Source: Candidatus Pacearchaeota archaeon
Lineage (GTDB): Archaea; Nanobdellota; Nanobdellia; Pacearchaeales; GW2011-AR1
Assembly (NCBI GenBank): GCA_026395815.1
Contig: JAPLXZ010000012.1
Coordinates: 487-64,486, forward strand
Length of the DNA: 64,000 bases
Direction of reading: 5' to 3'
Of the stretch, positions 9,900 to 19,174 are shown piece by piece. The notes below the pieces were generated by a model that worked only from the letters and a program-made list of their open reading frames with translations, searched no databases and had not been told where the DNA came from. Position 1 is the first letter of the stretch; the number at the start of each line of letters is the position of its first letter. The translations under genes and the position numbers were made by a program.

Positions 9900-10247
9900 T
9901 TAAATCCTTTTTAAACTTTCTAAATCCTTTTTTCTTACAAATTCTAACGGTTGAAACATTTTTGCTTGTTTTGACAAAATTTCTAAATCTTCTTTCTTAG
10001 CAAATTTAGTAAACTCATTAGACGCGCTTTCTAAAAAAGAAGTCAGCCTTTCCACATTTTGTTTTATTGTTTCAATATCTTTTTTTACTTCTAGCATTTT
10101 TTCATTTGTTTTTTCTTTGATGTCTATCAAGTTTTGTCCAATCAAAAGAAGCCTATCTTTCAAAACTCTTTGTTTTTCTTCCAAATCTCTTATTCTTGCG
10201 TTTAAATCCCCAAAAAATTGACTAGCATCATCCACTTCTTCAGCCAT
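9900..10247 (-). CDS. coiled-coil protein
   Basis: 115 aa, heptad-rich (LEEKQRVLKDRLLLIGQNLIDIKEK...). It lies upstream of 9115..9885 on the same strand and is divergent from the ATPase gene. Confidence 0.5.
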   Translation of the reverse strand: MAEEVDDASQFFGDLNARIRDLEEKQRVLKDRLLLIGQNLIDIKEKTNEKMLEVKKDIETIKQNVERLTSFLESASNEFTKFAKKEDLEILSKQAKMFQPLEFVRKKDLESLKRI

Positions 10248-10388
10248 AGAGCATTAATGTTTGTGTGGTTTAAATTTCTTGTGTTTATCGTTATTGAAAT
10301 ACAAAAAATAAAGGGGATTATTGTTCCTTATTCTTTAAAAATTTAATAAGGATAAAATTTTTGGTATACAAAATATTTTAAACTTGAC

Positions 10389-12689
10389 ATGTTTTTTTTA
10401 TTTATGCCAAATCAAGAGGAGGATAGATTATATTCTTATGAAGTTAAGAGAGAAAGCGCAGAGGATGTTCTTTATATAAATTATTTAGGGGCTTCTTATA
10501 TACCCAGTATTGCCGATTCTTCAGAAGTTATGAACAGGGCTGTTGACGCATTAATAGAAAACCCCGGCGCTTCAAGAATTGTTCTTGTTCAACAAAAAAA
10601 TTATAATTATGATTTTCAAGAAACCACCCTTTTATTAGAAATAGCTCAACTTTATGTTTATCTCTTAAAACAAGAAAAAATCCTTTCACAAAAAAAACTT
10701 ATCATAACAAATGAACAAGCTTTTTCTGAAAGATACAATGAACTTTTTTCTTTTTTACTTTTGTTGAAACAAGATCCTATTTATTCATATTTTGAACTAA
10801 AAAAAATATTGATTCAATCAAAAATTCTACTGGAAAGAATGAATATACAAGAAAGAATAGATCAAGAAAATTATGTGCGTCTTTTAGAAAAAATCTTTAA
10901 AATGCTGGAAGAAACAAAAATAATACAGATTGCAATTCCTTATTTTGAAAATTATAATCATGGTGATAGAGAGATATATAACAAAATAATCAAGGCAGAT
11001 GTAATTCCTAACTTTACTTTTACTAGGCTTGTTTCTGACATTCCGGAAGATGCAGAAATAATTGACCAATATGAAGTTGGAGAAGATTATGATATTTCCA
11101 TAGTAACTATTTTGAAAATGAAGAATGAATCAAAATTAATTTATCATCTAAACCCCCCAGAAAATTCTTTAGATGAAGAACACAATATGCTTCTTAATTT
11201 AGCAAGAGGAGTATTAATAGAACATGAACCAAAAGCAGAAGAATTTACAGATGTAGATAGGATAAGGCAGGTATTCTTTAATATCTCCAAAGATTTATTA
11301 CAAGACCTTGCCCAAGCTAAATGGATAAAACTGAATTATTCCAATCTGAATAAACTTGCAACTATTCTCGTAAGACATACAATTGGCTTTGGGCTTGTGG
11401 AAGTTTTGCTTCAAGATAAAAATCTTCAAGATATTTTTTTGAATGCTCCTATTCCAATGACAAATATTTTTGTCAGACATCAAAATTATGATGAATGCTC
11501 TACAAATATTCTTCCGAGTCAATCAGATATTGATTCGTGGGCAGCAAAATTCAGAATGATTTCTGGAAGGCCTTTAGATGAAGCAAATCCCATTTTAGAT
11601 ACCCAACTTGAAGTAGGAAAAATAAGAGCGAGAATTGCAGTAATACAAAGACCATTGTCTCCAGATGGATTGGCTTATGCAATCAGAAGGCATAGAGAGG
11701 AACCATGGACTTTGCCTCTTTTTATAAAAAATAAAATGATTAACCCATTCACTGCAGGATTATTGAGTTTCTTAATTGACGGTTCAAGAACCTTGTTAGT
11801 CGCAGGAACAAGAAGCTCTGGAAAAACTTCTTTACTCGGAAGCCTGATGCTGGAGATAATTCCCAAGTATAGAGTTATTGTAATTGAAGATTCTTTGGAA
11901 TTGCCTGTTGAATCCTTGAGAAAATTAAATTATGATATATTGAGGATGAAAGTGCGTTCTGCTTTATTGAAAACAACAACAGAAGTTTCTGCTGATGACG
12001 GTATAAGAACAAGCCTGAGATTAGGAGACAGTTGTTTAATTATTGGAGAAGTCAGGAGTGTTGAAGCAAAAGCATTATACGAAGCAATGAGAATTGGAGC
12101 CTTAGCAAATGTTGTTGCAGGCACAATTCATGGAGCTTCTCCATACGGTGTTTTTGATAGAGTTGTTAATGATTTAGAAGTTCCTGCTACAAGCTTTAAA
12201 GCAACAGACATAATTGCAGTTTGCAATCCCATAAAATCATCAGATGGTTTGCATTCTTGGAGAAGACTTGTCCAACTTTCAGAAGTAAGAAAACATTGGA
12301 AGGAAGATCCCCTTATTGAAAAGGGGTTTGTAGATTTGCTTAAGTATAATATAGAAAAAGATGAATTGGAGCCAAGTGATGACTTAGTTAACGGAGACAG
12401 TGAAATTATCAAAGATATTGCAGCGAATGTTCGAGGATGGGCTGGAAATTGGGATGCAGTTTATGATAATATTCTTTTAAGGGCAAGAATAAAAAAAGAA
12501 ATCGTAGACGTTGCAAAAAAGACTGGAAACTCAAGGATTTTAGAATCAGAATTTAACACCCTTTCAAATCATTTTTTTCATGAAATTTCTGACAAAGTAA
12601 GAGAAGAGATTGGACTTCCACTTGGAGATGTGGTTTTTCCAAAATGGCAAAAGTGGTTAAATGAACGATTAAAGAAAAGAGTAATCTAA
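10389..12689 (+). CDS. type II/IV secretion family ATPase (FlaI/PilB/GspE-like) with long N-terminal extension
   Basis: Walker A AGTRSSGKTSLLGS, an Asp box/Walker B region VIVIEDSLEL...LIIGEVRSVEA, and His box GTIHGASP. An alternative start MPNQEE lies at 10404. Confidence 0.8.
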   Translation: MFFLFMPNQEEDRLYSYEVKRESAEDVLYINYLGASYIPSIADSSEVMNRAVDALIENPGASRIVLVQQKNYNYDFQETTLLLEIAQLYVYLLKQEKILSQKKLIITNEQAFSERYNELFSFLLLLKQDPIYSYFELKKILIQSKILLERMNIQERIDQENYVRLLEKIFKMLEETKIIQIAIPYFENYNHGDREIYNKIIKADVIPNFTFTRLVSDIPEDAEIIDQYEVGEDYDISIVTILKMKNESKLIYHLNPPENSLDEEHNMLLNLARGVLIEHEPKAEEFTDVDRIRQVFFNISKDLLQDLAQAKWIKLNYSNLNKLATILVRHTIGFGLVEVLLQDKNLQDIFLNAPIPMTNIFVRHQNYDECSTNILPSQSDIDSWAAKFRMISGRPLDEANPILDTQLEVGKIRARIAVIQRPLSPDGLAYAIRRHREEPWTLPLFIKNKMINPFTAGLLSFLIDGSRTLLVAGTRSSGKTSLLGSLMLEIIPKYRVIVIEDSLELPVESLRKLNYDILRMKVRSALLKTTTEVSADDGIRTSLRLGDSCLIIGEVRSVEAKALYEAMRIGALANVVAGTIHGASPYGVFDRVVNDLEVPATSFKATDIIAVCNPIKSSDGLHSWRRLVQLSEVRKHWKEDPLIEKGFVDLLKYNIEKDELEPSDDLVNGDSEIIKDIAANVRGWAGNWDAVYDNILLRARIKKEIVDVAKKTGNSRILESEFNTLSNHFFHEISDKVREEIGLPLGDVVFPKWQKWLNERLKKRVI

Positions 12690-12714
12690 AAATATTTTTT
12701 AATTCTTTTATTGA

Positions 12715-12730
12715 TAACATTTATTAATCC
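12715..12730 (+). promoter_or_regulatory. putative BRE/TATA promoter carrying the shared motif AACATTTATTAAT
   Basis: TAACATTTATTAATCC ends 27 nt upstream of the ATG at 12756. The same 13-mer recurs at 13139 and 16320. Confidence 0.45.
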
Positions 12731-12755
12731 TTTTTGATTAATAAAGAAGATTAAA

Positions 12756-13067
12756 ATGGGTGATTGGATTTCATTAGCTTGGCAAATTGAACTTATTGCT
12801 GCAGGAGTTTTAGTCTATGGACTTATAATTTTCTTAAAGGCACTTATAAAGTTGGATAAAGAATTTAGAATGGCTTTATTATTTATTTTAGGCTCTTTAA
12901 TAATCAATGTCGGATTAGGAATTCTTATAGGAGTTTTCATTTCTATGAAAATTGGTACCGATACTCTTGTTAGCTTTTGGATAATTCAACCGATTGTTGC
13001 ATTATTAGCAGCATTTCTGTTGGTTGTTGGAGCAAGGAAATTTATTTTAGCTCTGCAAAAACAGTAA
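12756..13067 (+). CDS. small polytopic membrane protein
   Basis: 103 aa with 3-4 hydrophobic helices. It sits between the ATPase and platform genes. Confidence 0.55.
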   Translation: MGDWISLAWQIELIAAGVLVYGLIIFLKALIKLDKEFRMALLFILGSLIINVGLGILIGVFISMKIGTDTLVSFWIIQPIVALLAAFLLVVGARKFILALQKQ

Positions 13068-13136
13068 TGATAAAATAAAATAATCATAATGTTTTTATTC
13101 AAAAAATTTGAAAAGTATATTATTTTTTGATTATTC

Positions 13137-13153
13137 TAAACATTTATTAATTG
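13137..13153 (+). promoter_or_regulatory. putative BRE/TATA promoter carrying the shared motif
   Basis: CTAAACATTTATTAATT (17 nt, identical to the site at 16317-16333) lies about 70 nt upstream of the ATG at 13220, which is preceded by AGAGGA. Confidence 0.4.
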
Positions 13154-13219
13154 TATTTTCTTTCTGTAAGAATTAATAACCCTAAAAAAAATGCAGAGTG
13201 TTTTGAATAAAAGAGGAAA

Positions 13220-15385
13220 ATGCCAGAATATAGAAAACCAAATGTAGACGAAATTTTAAAAGAACATAGCGCGAGAATAGAAAATACAATTAAAACTGCA
13301 AATATAGAAGATTTTAATTACAGCCAAGATTACGTGAATTTTAAGGAAGAAATGGCTCCCGAACTTTCAAGATATGAAAGATGGTGCAACAGCCTTGGAA
13401 GTGCAATAAGACTAAATATTTCTCAAAAAGAAGAAGAAAAAATCAGGAAAAATTTGGAAATTGCTCATCTTGATTTAGAACCCTGGCAACCTTTAACATT
13501 AAGTATTATGACTTTTATCATTGTGTTTATAGTAGGGCTTTTGATGTCTGTTTCAATCGCTCTTGTCAAAGGAGGAATTGAAAATTTTCCAATTTTCTTC
13601 TTTCTGTTGATTGTTATATTTGCATTGTTTTTATTTTATTTTGTTAATGGATACTCTGCGAGATTGGCCAATAAATGGCGTTTGAAGGCAAGCTCCCAGA
13701 TGGTTCCTGCTATTTTATACATCGTCATTTACATGAGACATACGCCAAACTTAGAAAAAGCAGTTGCTTTTGCTTCTCAACATTTGCAATACCCTCTTGC
13801 TCTTGATTTTAAAAAAGTTTTTTATAATGTTGAAATAGGAAAATTTTCTACGATAAAAGAAAGTTTGGACAATTATCTAGAAAATTGGAGAGATTATTCT
13901 ACAGAATTTATTGAGGCTTTTCATTTAATTGAAAGCACCTTATTTGAACCAGATGACACAGCAAGAACCTTTACTTTAGAGAAAGCACTGCAAGTTGTTT
14001 TGGATGGAGTCTATGATAAAATGCTTAAATTCACCCATGAAGTGAGAAGCCCTTTAACTAATGTTTATATGTTAGGAGTTGTTTTGCCAACATTGGGCTT
14101 GGCTTTATTGCCTCTTGCTTCTACAATGATTGGTGATATGTTAAAATGGTATCATGTTTTTATTCTTTTCAATTTGATTGTTCCATTCTTTGTTTTCTAT
14201 TTAACAGACCAGATTATGTTCCTGAGGCCAGGAGGTTATGGCGAAACAGAATTATTGGAAAGAAATCCTCTTTATCCTGAATATAAAGACAAGAAGCCAT
14301 ATTTTACTGCATTTTTTATTTGTCTTCCTCTTTTCATAATCGGATTATTGCCATTAATCTTTCAGTATACTGCAATTCCTGAATTTTTAGGCTTGGAAAA
14401 AGATTATAGTTTTTCTCAATTAGGTTTAGGAATTCTCGGAAACGACATGTTTTTTGATTTCAGAGAAGTTGGAGGAAAAACAGTCGGTCCATTTGGAATT
14501 GGTGCATTAATCTTAGGAATATTCTTTTCCTTAGGAATTGCTTTATTCTTTTCAATTGCATTCAAGAAAAAAACAAAAAATTTAATAAAAGAGAGAGAAA
14601 ATACAAAACAGCTTGAGCTTGAGTTTAATAATTCTTTATTTCAATTAGGAAACAGAATCGGAAATGGCACTCCTCCTGAACTTGCTTTTGGGAAAGTTGC
14701 AGAATCTTCTAAAGGTTTGAAAACAGAAGATTTCTTTAGAAGAGTTAATTATAATGTTATGCAGATGGGATTGAGTGTTGAAAGCGCAATATTTGACGAC
14801 AAAAGAGGAGCGTTAGTATACTATCCTTCTGATTTGATTGCAACAAGCATGAGAGTACTTGTTGAATCTTCAAAAAAAGGATTATCAATTGCTGCTTCTA
14901 GTTTAATGAGCATTTCAGAATACGTAAAAAACATTCATAAAATAACCAATAGACTTCGTGATATGCTTGCAGAAATTGTTTCAGATATGAAAAGCAATAT
15001 GACTTTCCTTGCCCCTCTTCTTGCAGGAATTGTTATTGGATTAGCTGCAATGATAACCAGCATTTTAAGCAGATTGAATTTCATACAATTGGGAGAAGTT
15101 GGCTCGATGTTCATTAATATAGACAGTATAATGAATATGTTTAATTTAACTAAGATGATTCCGCCTTATTTATTACAAATAAGCGTTGGTATATATTTAA
15201 TTGAGATTATCTTTATTTTGTCAGATACTCTTGTTACAATTGATTCTGGAGAAGATAAATTAGAGACAACTCATAAAACAGGAATTAATTTAAAAAGAGG
15301 AATTATGCTTTATGTTTTAACTGCAGTAGTATCAATTGTTTCTTTGTTTGTCTTGGTAGCAATTGTTTTAGGAAATTTGATATAG
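13220..15385 (+). CDS. type IV pilus/archaellum-type membrane platform protein (FlaJ/TadC/PilC-like, T2SS-F repeats)
   Basis: Polytopic protein with two cytoplasmic segments resembling T2SS-F domains (QMVPAILYIVIYMRHTPNLEKAVAFA...PLALDFKKVFYNVEIGKFSTIKESL and LFQLGNRIGNGTPPELAFGKVA...FFRRVNYNVMQMGLSVESAI). It is adjacent to the ATPase gene. Confidence 0.7.
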   Translation: MPEYRKPNVDEILKEHSARIENTIKTANIEDFNYSQDYVNFKEEMAPELSRYERWCNSLGSAIRLNISQKEEEKIRKNLEIAHLDLEPWQPLTLSIMTFIIVFIVGLLMSVSIALVKGGIENFPIFFFLLIVIFALFLFYFVNGYSARLANKWRLKASSQMVPAILYIVIYMRHTPNLEKAVAFASQHLQYPLALDFKKVFYNVEIGKFSTIKESLDNYLENWRDYSTEFIEAFHLIESTLFEPDDTARTFTLEKALQVVLDGVYDKMLKFTHEVRSPLTNVYMLGVVLPTLGLALLPLASTMIGDMLKWYHVFILFNLIVPFFVFYLTDQIMFLRPGGYGETELLERNPLYPEYKDKKPYFTAFFICLPLFIIGLLPLIFQYTAIPEFLGLEKDYSFSQLGLGILGNDMFFDFREVGGKTVGPFGIGALILGIFFSLGIALFFSIAFKKKTKNLIKERENTKQLELEFNNSLFQLGNRIGNGTPPELAFGKVAESSKGLKTEDFFRRVNYNVMQMGLSVESAIFDDKRGALVYYPSDLIATSMRVLVESSKKGLSIAASSLMSISEYVKNIHKITNRLRDMLAEIVSDMKSNMTFLAPLLAGIVIGLAAMITSILSRLNFIQLGEVGSMFINIDSIMNMFNLTKMIPPYLLQISVGIYLIEIIFILSDTLVTIDSGEDKLETTHKTGINLKRGIMLYVLTAVVSIVSLFVLVAIVLGNLI

Positions 15386-15393
15386 AATCTTTT

Positions 15394-16179
15394 TTACCAA
15401 CTCTCTCCAGGTATTGTTCCTTTAATCCCTATAGCTTCTAAAAGTGCTTCTTGTTCTGTTGCATCTTCGCTCAATATGACTTCCATATTTGTTCTCTTGG
15501 CATAATTGCGAATTAATTTTCCATAATCCATCTTTTGCTTAGGACTTAGATAATCAGGATCCATTACTTCTTCTATTGAAAGACTAATTAAACATGCTAT
15601 ATTGTCTTTTGTAAAGATTGGGTAGGAAAGATCCTCCCTCTTCATAAAATTCTCTTTGTCTTTTTTAGATTCAAATTCTAAAACATCAAGGCATAATTCT
15701 TTTGCATGCGAATACTCTTCTATTTTGGGCATATAGTATCTAACGAGTCCTATTTTTGAAATCTTGTTTGATTCAAGTTCTTCTCTATCTTTTCCATTTA
15801 AATCTTTTTTACTGGTTACAAGAGGATTTGTAGGAATATTTTTGTTATCATAGCTGTCATAAAGTCTTACAAGTTCTAATTCATTTCCTTGAAAAAAGTA
15901 ATTTTCTAACCCTCTTACCAAACTCTTTTGTATAACCTTTGGTTTGGATGTTGCAGGAAGATTTTCTTTTTCTACGGTTTCTGTAGATTGTGTTGCATCT
16001 CCTGTGGATCTTGAACTGAGACCTCTTGTTAAGTCTAATGCTTCTTGATAGGCATCTAAACTTTTCTCATAGGCATTTAATGCTTTATCATAAGCATCGT
16101 TTCTCTTTCCACAACTTGGAAGCAATAAACTTGCTGCAATTATCGGAATAGCAATCATGCTTCTTAATGTTTTTTTCAT
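15394..16179 (-). CDS. putative lipoprotein
   Basis: Signal peptide with a lipobox-like LLLPSCGK. The mature part is helical and acidic. Confidence 0.5.
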   Translation of the reverse strand: MKKTLRSMIAIPIIAASLLLPSCGKRNDAYDKALNAYEKSLDAYQEALDLTRGLSSRSTGDATQSTETVEKENLPATSKPKVIQKSLVRGLENYFFQGNELELVRLYDSYDNKNIPTNPLVTSKKDLNGKDREELESNKISKIGLVRYYMPKIEEYSHAKELCLDVLEFESKKDKENFMKREDLSYPIFTKDNIACLISLSIEEVMDPDYLSPKQKMDYGKLIRNYAKRTNMEVILSEDATEQEALLEAIGIKGTIPGESW

Positions 16180-16317
16180 AATATTTTAAGGAACCAATTC
16201 CTTATAAATCCTTCTATTTTGTTGTCACTTAATAGTTATATATATTTTAATTAAAAATCATTATTAGCTCTTATTTTATAAGAATACAAAGATAGCACGA
16301 TTTAGAGCTTTTTTAAC

Positions 16318-16334
16318 TAAACATTTATTAATTA
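16318..16334 (+). promoter_or_regulatory. putative BRE/TATA promoter of the pilin-like operon carrying the shared motif
   Basis: TAAACATTTATTAATTA ends about 20 nt upstream of the ATG at 16353, consistent with a leaderless or short-leader transcript. Confidence 0.45.
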
Positions 16335-16352
16335 TTATTTCTTTTTTTATCC

Positions 16353-16499
16353 ATGAAAAAAGGGGTTATTTCGGATTATCTTCCTTGGATATTAATAGCA
16401 ATTTTAGTCTTAGTCATAGTCATGGTCAGCATTTTTTTACTTAAAGATAAAGGAATCTCTTTTATAGACCAGATTAAAAATTTATTCAGGGGAAGATAA
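16353..16499 (+). CDS. mini membrane protein (48 aa), pilin-like N-terminus
   Basis: Not in the ORF track (<60 aa). Hand translation: MKKGVISDYLPWILIAILVLVIVMVSIFLLKDKGISFIDQIKNLFRGR. The stop overlaps the next start (TAATG). Confidence 0.5.
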   Translation: MKKGVISDYLPWILIAILVLVIVMVSIFLLKDKGISFIDQIKNLFRGR

Positions 16500-16669
16500 T
16501 GTCACAGATAACAACTGAACAATTAATAAAAATAATTTTAGGAGTTTTTGTTGTGGCTGCAGTTGGAGTAGGGTTGTATATATTTTTCAAAGATCAGATT
16601 ATTGATTTTTTCAAAAATTTGTCTATTGGAACAAAGGTTCCCGGAATATTTTTTACTCTGTTAAAATAA
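16499..16669 (+). CDS. mini membrane protein (56 aa), paralog of 16353..16499
   Basis: Hand translation: MSQITTEQLIKIILGVFVVAAVGVGLYIFFKDQIIDFFKNLSIGTKVPGIFFTLLK. It shares the TM segment plus the KD..I.F..KNL tail with the previous ORF. Confidence 0.5.
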   Translation: MSQITTEQLIKIILGVFVVAAVGVGLYIFFKDQIIDFFKNLSIGTKVPGIFFTLLK

Positions 16670-16692
16670 AAGTTGAAAATTGAGGAAAGAAG

Positions 16693-17178
16693 TTGAATAA
16701 AAAAGGATTTTTGCTTGGAGAAGAAACATTGAAAATTGTAGTGGCAGTGATATGCATAATCTTTCTGATTTTTCTTCTTGTATCTGTTTATTATGCTGTT
16801 ACAGGCGGACAAAAATCAAAAGAGGCAGCATCAATTTTAAATGGAGCAAATGGGCTTACAAAAGAAATAGAAAGAATAAACCTTGGAGGAACACCTAAAC
16901 CAGATGGTTTTTTTGTTCCAAATCCTGTTAGTTGGTATGTTTTCAGTTTTATTGGAGAAGATAAAAAACCAAATCTTTGCACAGGAAAAGATTGTTTGTG
17001 CATTTGTAAAAACATAATAATAAATATTTTTGATAGACAGATAAAAGACTGTGATGATAAAGGAGCATGTGCTATCGTCCAAAATTTAAAGGGGTTTAAT
17101 AAAATTGGAATAGACAGGAAAGGAATTTGGTTATCAATTGAAAAAATAAACGGAGAGATAGAAATTAAAAAAAAATGA
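16693..17178 (+). CDS. class III signal peptide (type IV pilin-like) protein, Cys-rich
   Basis: TTG start preceded by GAGGAAAG. The N-terminus is MNKKG/FLLGEETLKIVVAVICIIFLIFLLV. It contains 7 Cys, five of them in two clusters (CTGKDCLCIC, CDDKGAC). Confidence 0.6.
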   Translation: MNKKGFLLGEETLKIVVAVICIIFLIFLLVSVYYAVTGGQKSKEAASILNGANGLTKEIERINLGGTPKPDGFFVPNPVSWYVFSFIGEDKKPNLCTGKDCLCICKNIIINIFDRQIKDCDDKGACAIVQNLKGFNKIGIDRKGIWLSIEKINGEIEIKKK

Positions 17179-17276
17179 ATCTTGATGAATTAATAAAATA
17201 TTTAATATGGATTGTTTTTTTTGCAATAGCATTGTTTGGGATATATTTCCTACTTAAAAGAATAGGGATTTTATAA
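17175..17276 (+). CDS. mini membrane protein (33 aa)
   Basis: Not in the track. ATGA start-stop overlap with the preceding gene. Sequence: MNLDELIKYLIWIVFFAIALFGIYFLLKRIGIL. Confidence 0.4.
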   Translation: MNLDELIKYLIWIVFFAIALFGIYFLLKRIGIL

Positions 17277-17288
17277 AAAAGAAATTTT

Positions 17289-18188
17289 ATGAAAATGAAA
17301 AAAGAAAAAAGAGGGGAATTAACAACACAACAAATAGTAATATTGATTATTTTAATAGTAAGTTTTGTAATTATCTTGTTCCTGTTATTCAGATTGAATT
17401 TAGGCAAAACAACACAAGAAGATGTATGCCATAATTCTGTTGTTACTAGAGGAGCAGGAGTTTTGCCAGGAGAATCTATTCCCTTAAATTGCAAGACAGA
17501 ATATATCTGTTTAAGTAAAGACGGAAGTTGCGAAGGAATGACTAGTCCTCAAATAATAAAGGTTAGGACTATAAAGGAGGTTTATTCGGCTTTAGCAGAA
17601 AAAATGGCTGATTGTTGGTGGATGTTTGGAGAAGGTAAATTAAACTATGTTGGAAAAACATTCAATGAACAGTTATATTGTTCTCTTTGTTCTATAGTAT
17701 CTTTTGATAATAGTTTAGATATGTTTGATAATAGAGAGGTAAGTCAAGAAGAATTTTATAATTATCTTGCAGAAACAAAGATGTCTGAAAATGATATTAC
17801 TTATTTAGATTATTTATATGGATTGAAAAATGCACAGGCTATAAAAGAAACTTTAGATTCTGGACAAGCAAATTTTGGAAAAATAAATCTAAACAATCAG
17901 CATTTTATAGTGATGGGAATATTCAGTGATGTAGGAGTTTGGAAATGGGCTGGAATAGCAGCAGGGGCAGGAGCATTAATCGGAGTCGCTTTTGTTACAG
18001 GAGGAGCTTCAATCCCCTTCTCAGTTGCTATTGTTTCAGGGGCAGTTGGAGGAGGTGCCGGAGGATATTTTATAGGAACAGTTGTAAAAGGAGAGTCTGG
18101 GCATGATTACCTTTCCCCAACAATAATAGAAGCTAATTCTGCTGATTATAATAAGCTTAAATGTAAAGAGATTAAAACTTTGGCATAA
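17289..18188 (+). CDS. class III signal peptide (pilin-like) protein with C-terminal Gly-rich hydrophobic region
   Basis: N-terminus MKMKKEKRG/ELTTQQIVILIILIVSFVIILFLLF. The central part is Cys-rich. The C-terminus reads GIAAGAGALIGVAFVTGGASIPFSVAIVSGAVGGGAGGYFIG. Confidence 0.6.
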   Translation: MKMKKEKRGELTTQQIVILIILIVSFVIILFLLFRLNLGKTTQEDVCHNSVVTRGAGVLPGESIPLNCKTEYICLSKDGSCEGMTSPQIIKVRTIKEVYSALAEKMADCWWMFGEGKLNYVGKTFNEQLYCSLCSIVSFDNSLDMFDNREVSQEEFYNYLAETKMSENDITYLDYLYGLKNAQAIKETLDSGQANFGKINLNNQHFIVMGIFSDVGVWKWAGIAAGAGALIGVAFVTGGASIPFSVAIVSGAVGGGAGGYFIGTVVKGESGHDYLSPTIIEANSADYNKLKCKEIKTLA

Positions 18189-18226
18189 GTAGTTAATTTT
18201 ATTAATTCTGTTCTTTTTTTATTGAA

Positions 18227-18637
18227 ATGAATCAAAAAGAAAAGAGGTTGAATAAAAGAGGAATTATATTAATGGAAAATGTTATCTTTATTGTTTTGAA
18301 TATATTATTTATTTCAATTTTAGCCCTGTTTATATATAAACAAGGAAATGGAGCAATTGTCCTTGAACAATCTTATGCAAAAAATATCGCGCTTTTAATT
18401 GATTCTGCAAAACCAGTTAGTGAATTGCGATTGAATATGGAAGATGCAATGGATTTGGCAGAAAAGAACGGAGTTGATAGAGAACAGGTTGTTAAAATTG
18501 AGAACAATATCATTACAGTTAAGCTAAATAAAGACAGCGGATACCAGTATTCTTTTTTTAATGATGTAGATGCTACAGCCTACCCCGATATTTTTCCAAA
18601 TAAAAATTACATAATAAAAATAAATGGCTATAAATAA
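18227..18637 (+). CDS. class III signal peptide (pilin-like) protein
   Basis: N-terminus ...RLNKRG/IILMENVIFIVLNILFISILALFIY. Confidence 0.6.
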   Translation: MNQKEKRLNKRGIILMENVIFIVLNILFISILALFIYKQGNGAIVLEQSYAKNIALLIDSAKPVSELRLNMEDAMDLAEKNGVDREQVVKIENNIITVKLNKDSGYQYSFFNDVDATAYPDIFPNKNYIIKINGYK

Positions 18638-18649
18638 AATCAGGAGGAA

Positions 18650-19174
18650 ATGAAATTGAATAAAGGAGGAGATAAAATGCTTTCTGTTTATTGGTTTGCA
18701 ATCCTTATTATTGCAGCAGGGGCAGTATTCGCGATGGTTTATATTTTCTATAATTCTCCTTATGACATCAGAGAAATTGAAGCCGAACTGCTAATAAATC
18801 AGATTGCAGACTGTGTTTCTTATGCAGGAAGATTTAGGACAGATTTAGTTTATGAAGGAAAATTCAGCGAAGATTTTAAGAACAACATATTAAAAGAATG
18901 TCATTTGAATTTCAAAAGTTCAGAATGGGAAAGTGAACAATATTACGTAGAACTGAATTTTTACAAAGTGGAAGAGTTGAGCAATCCTCCATTTAAAATG
19001 AGCATGGGAAATAGCAACTGGAAGGCATATTGTGCAATACAAGAAGATAAGGAAGAAAAGAAATTAGCAAAATGTGTGGAAAAAAGCTTTTATTCTTTGG
19101 ATTATGCAGACAATCAGTATATAGTTAAAATTCTTGCATCAGTAGGCAAAGGAGAAAAAAATGTCAAGATGTAA
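18650..19174 (+). CDS. pilin-like/N-terminally anchored secreted protein
   Basis: AGGAGG lies upstream. The N-terminus is MKLNKGGDKMLSVYWFAILIIAAGAVFAMVYIF. Several Cys residues. Confidence 0.5.
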   Translation: MKLNKGGDKMLSVYWFAILIIAAGAVFAMVYIFYNSPYDIREIEAELLINQIADCVSYAGRFRTDLVYEGKFSEDFKNNILKECHLNFKSSEWESEQYYVELNFYKVEELSNPPFKMSMGNSNWKAYCAIQEDKEEKKLAKCVEKSFYSLDYADNQYIVKILASVGKGEKNVKM

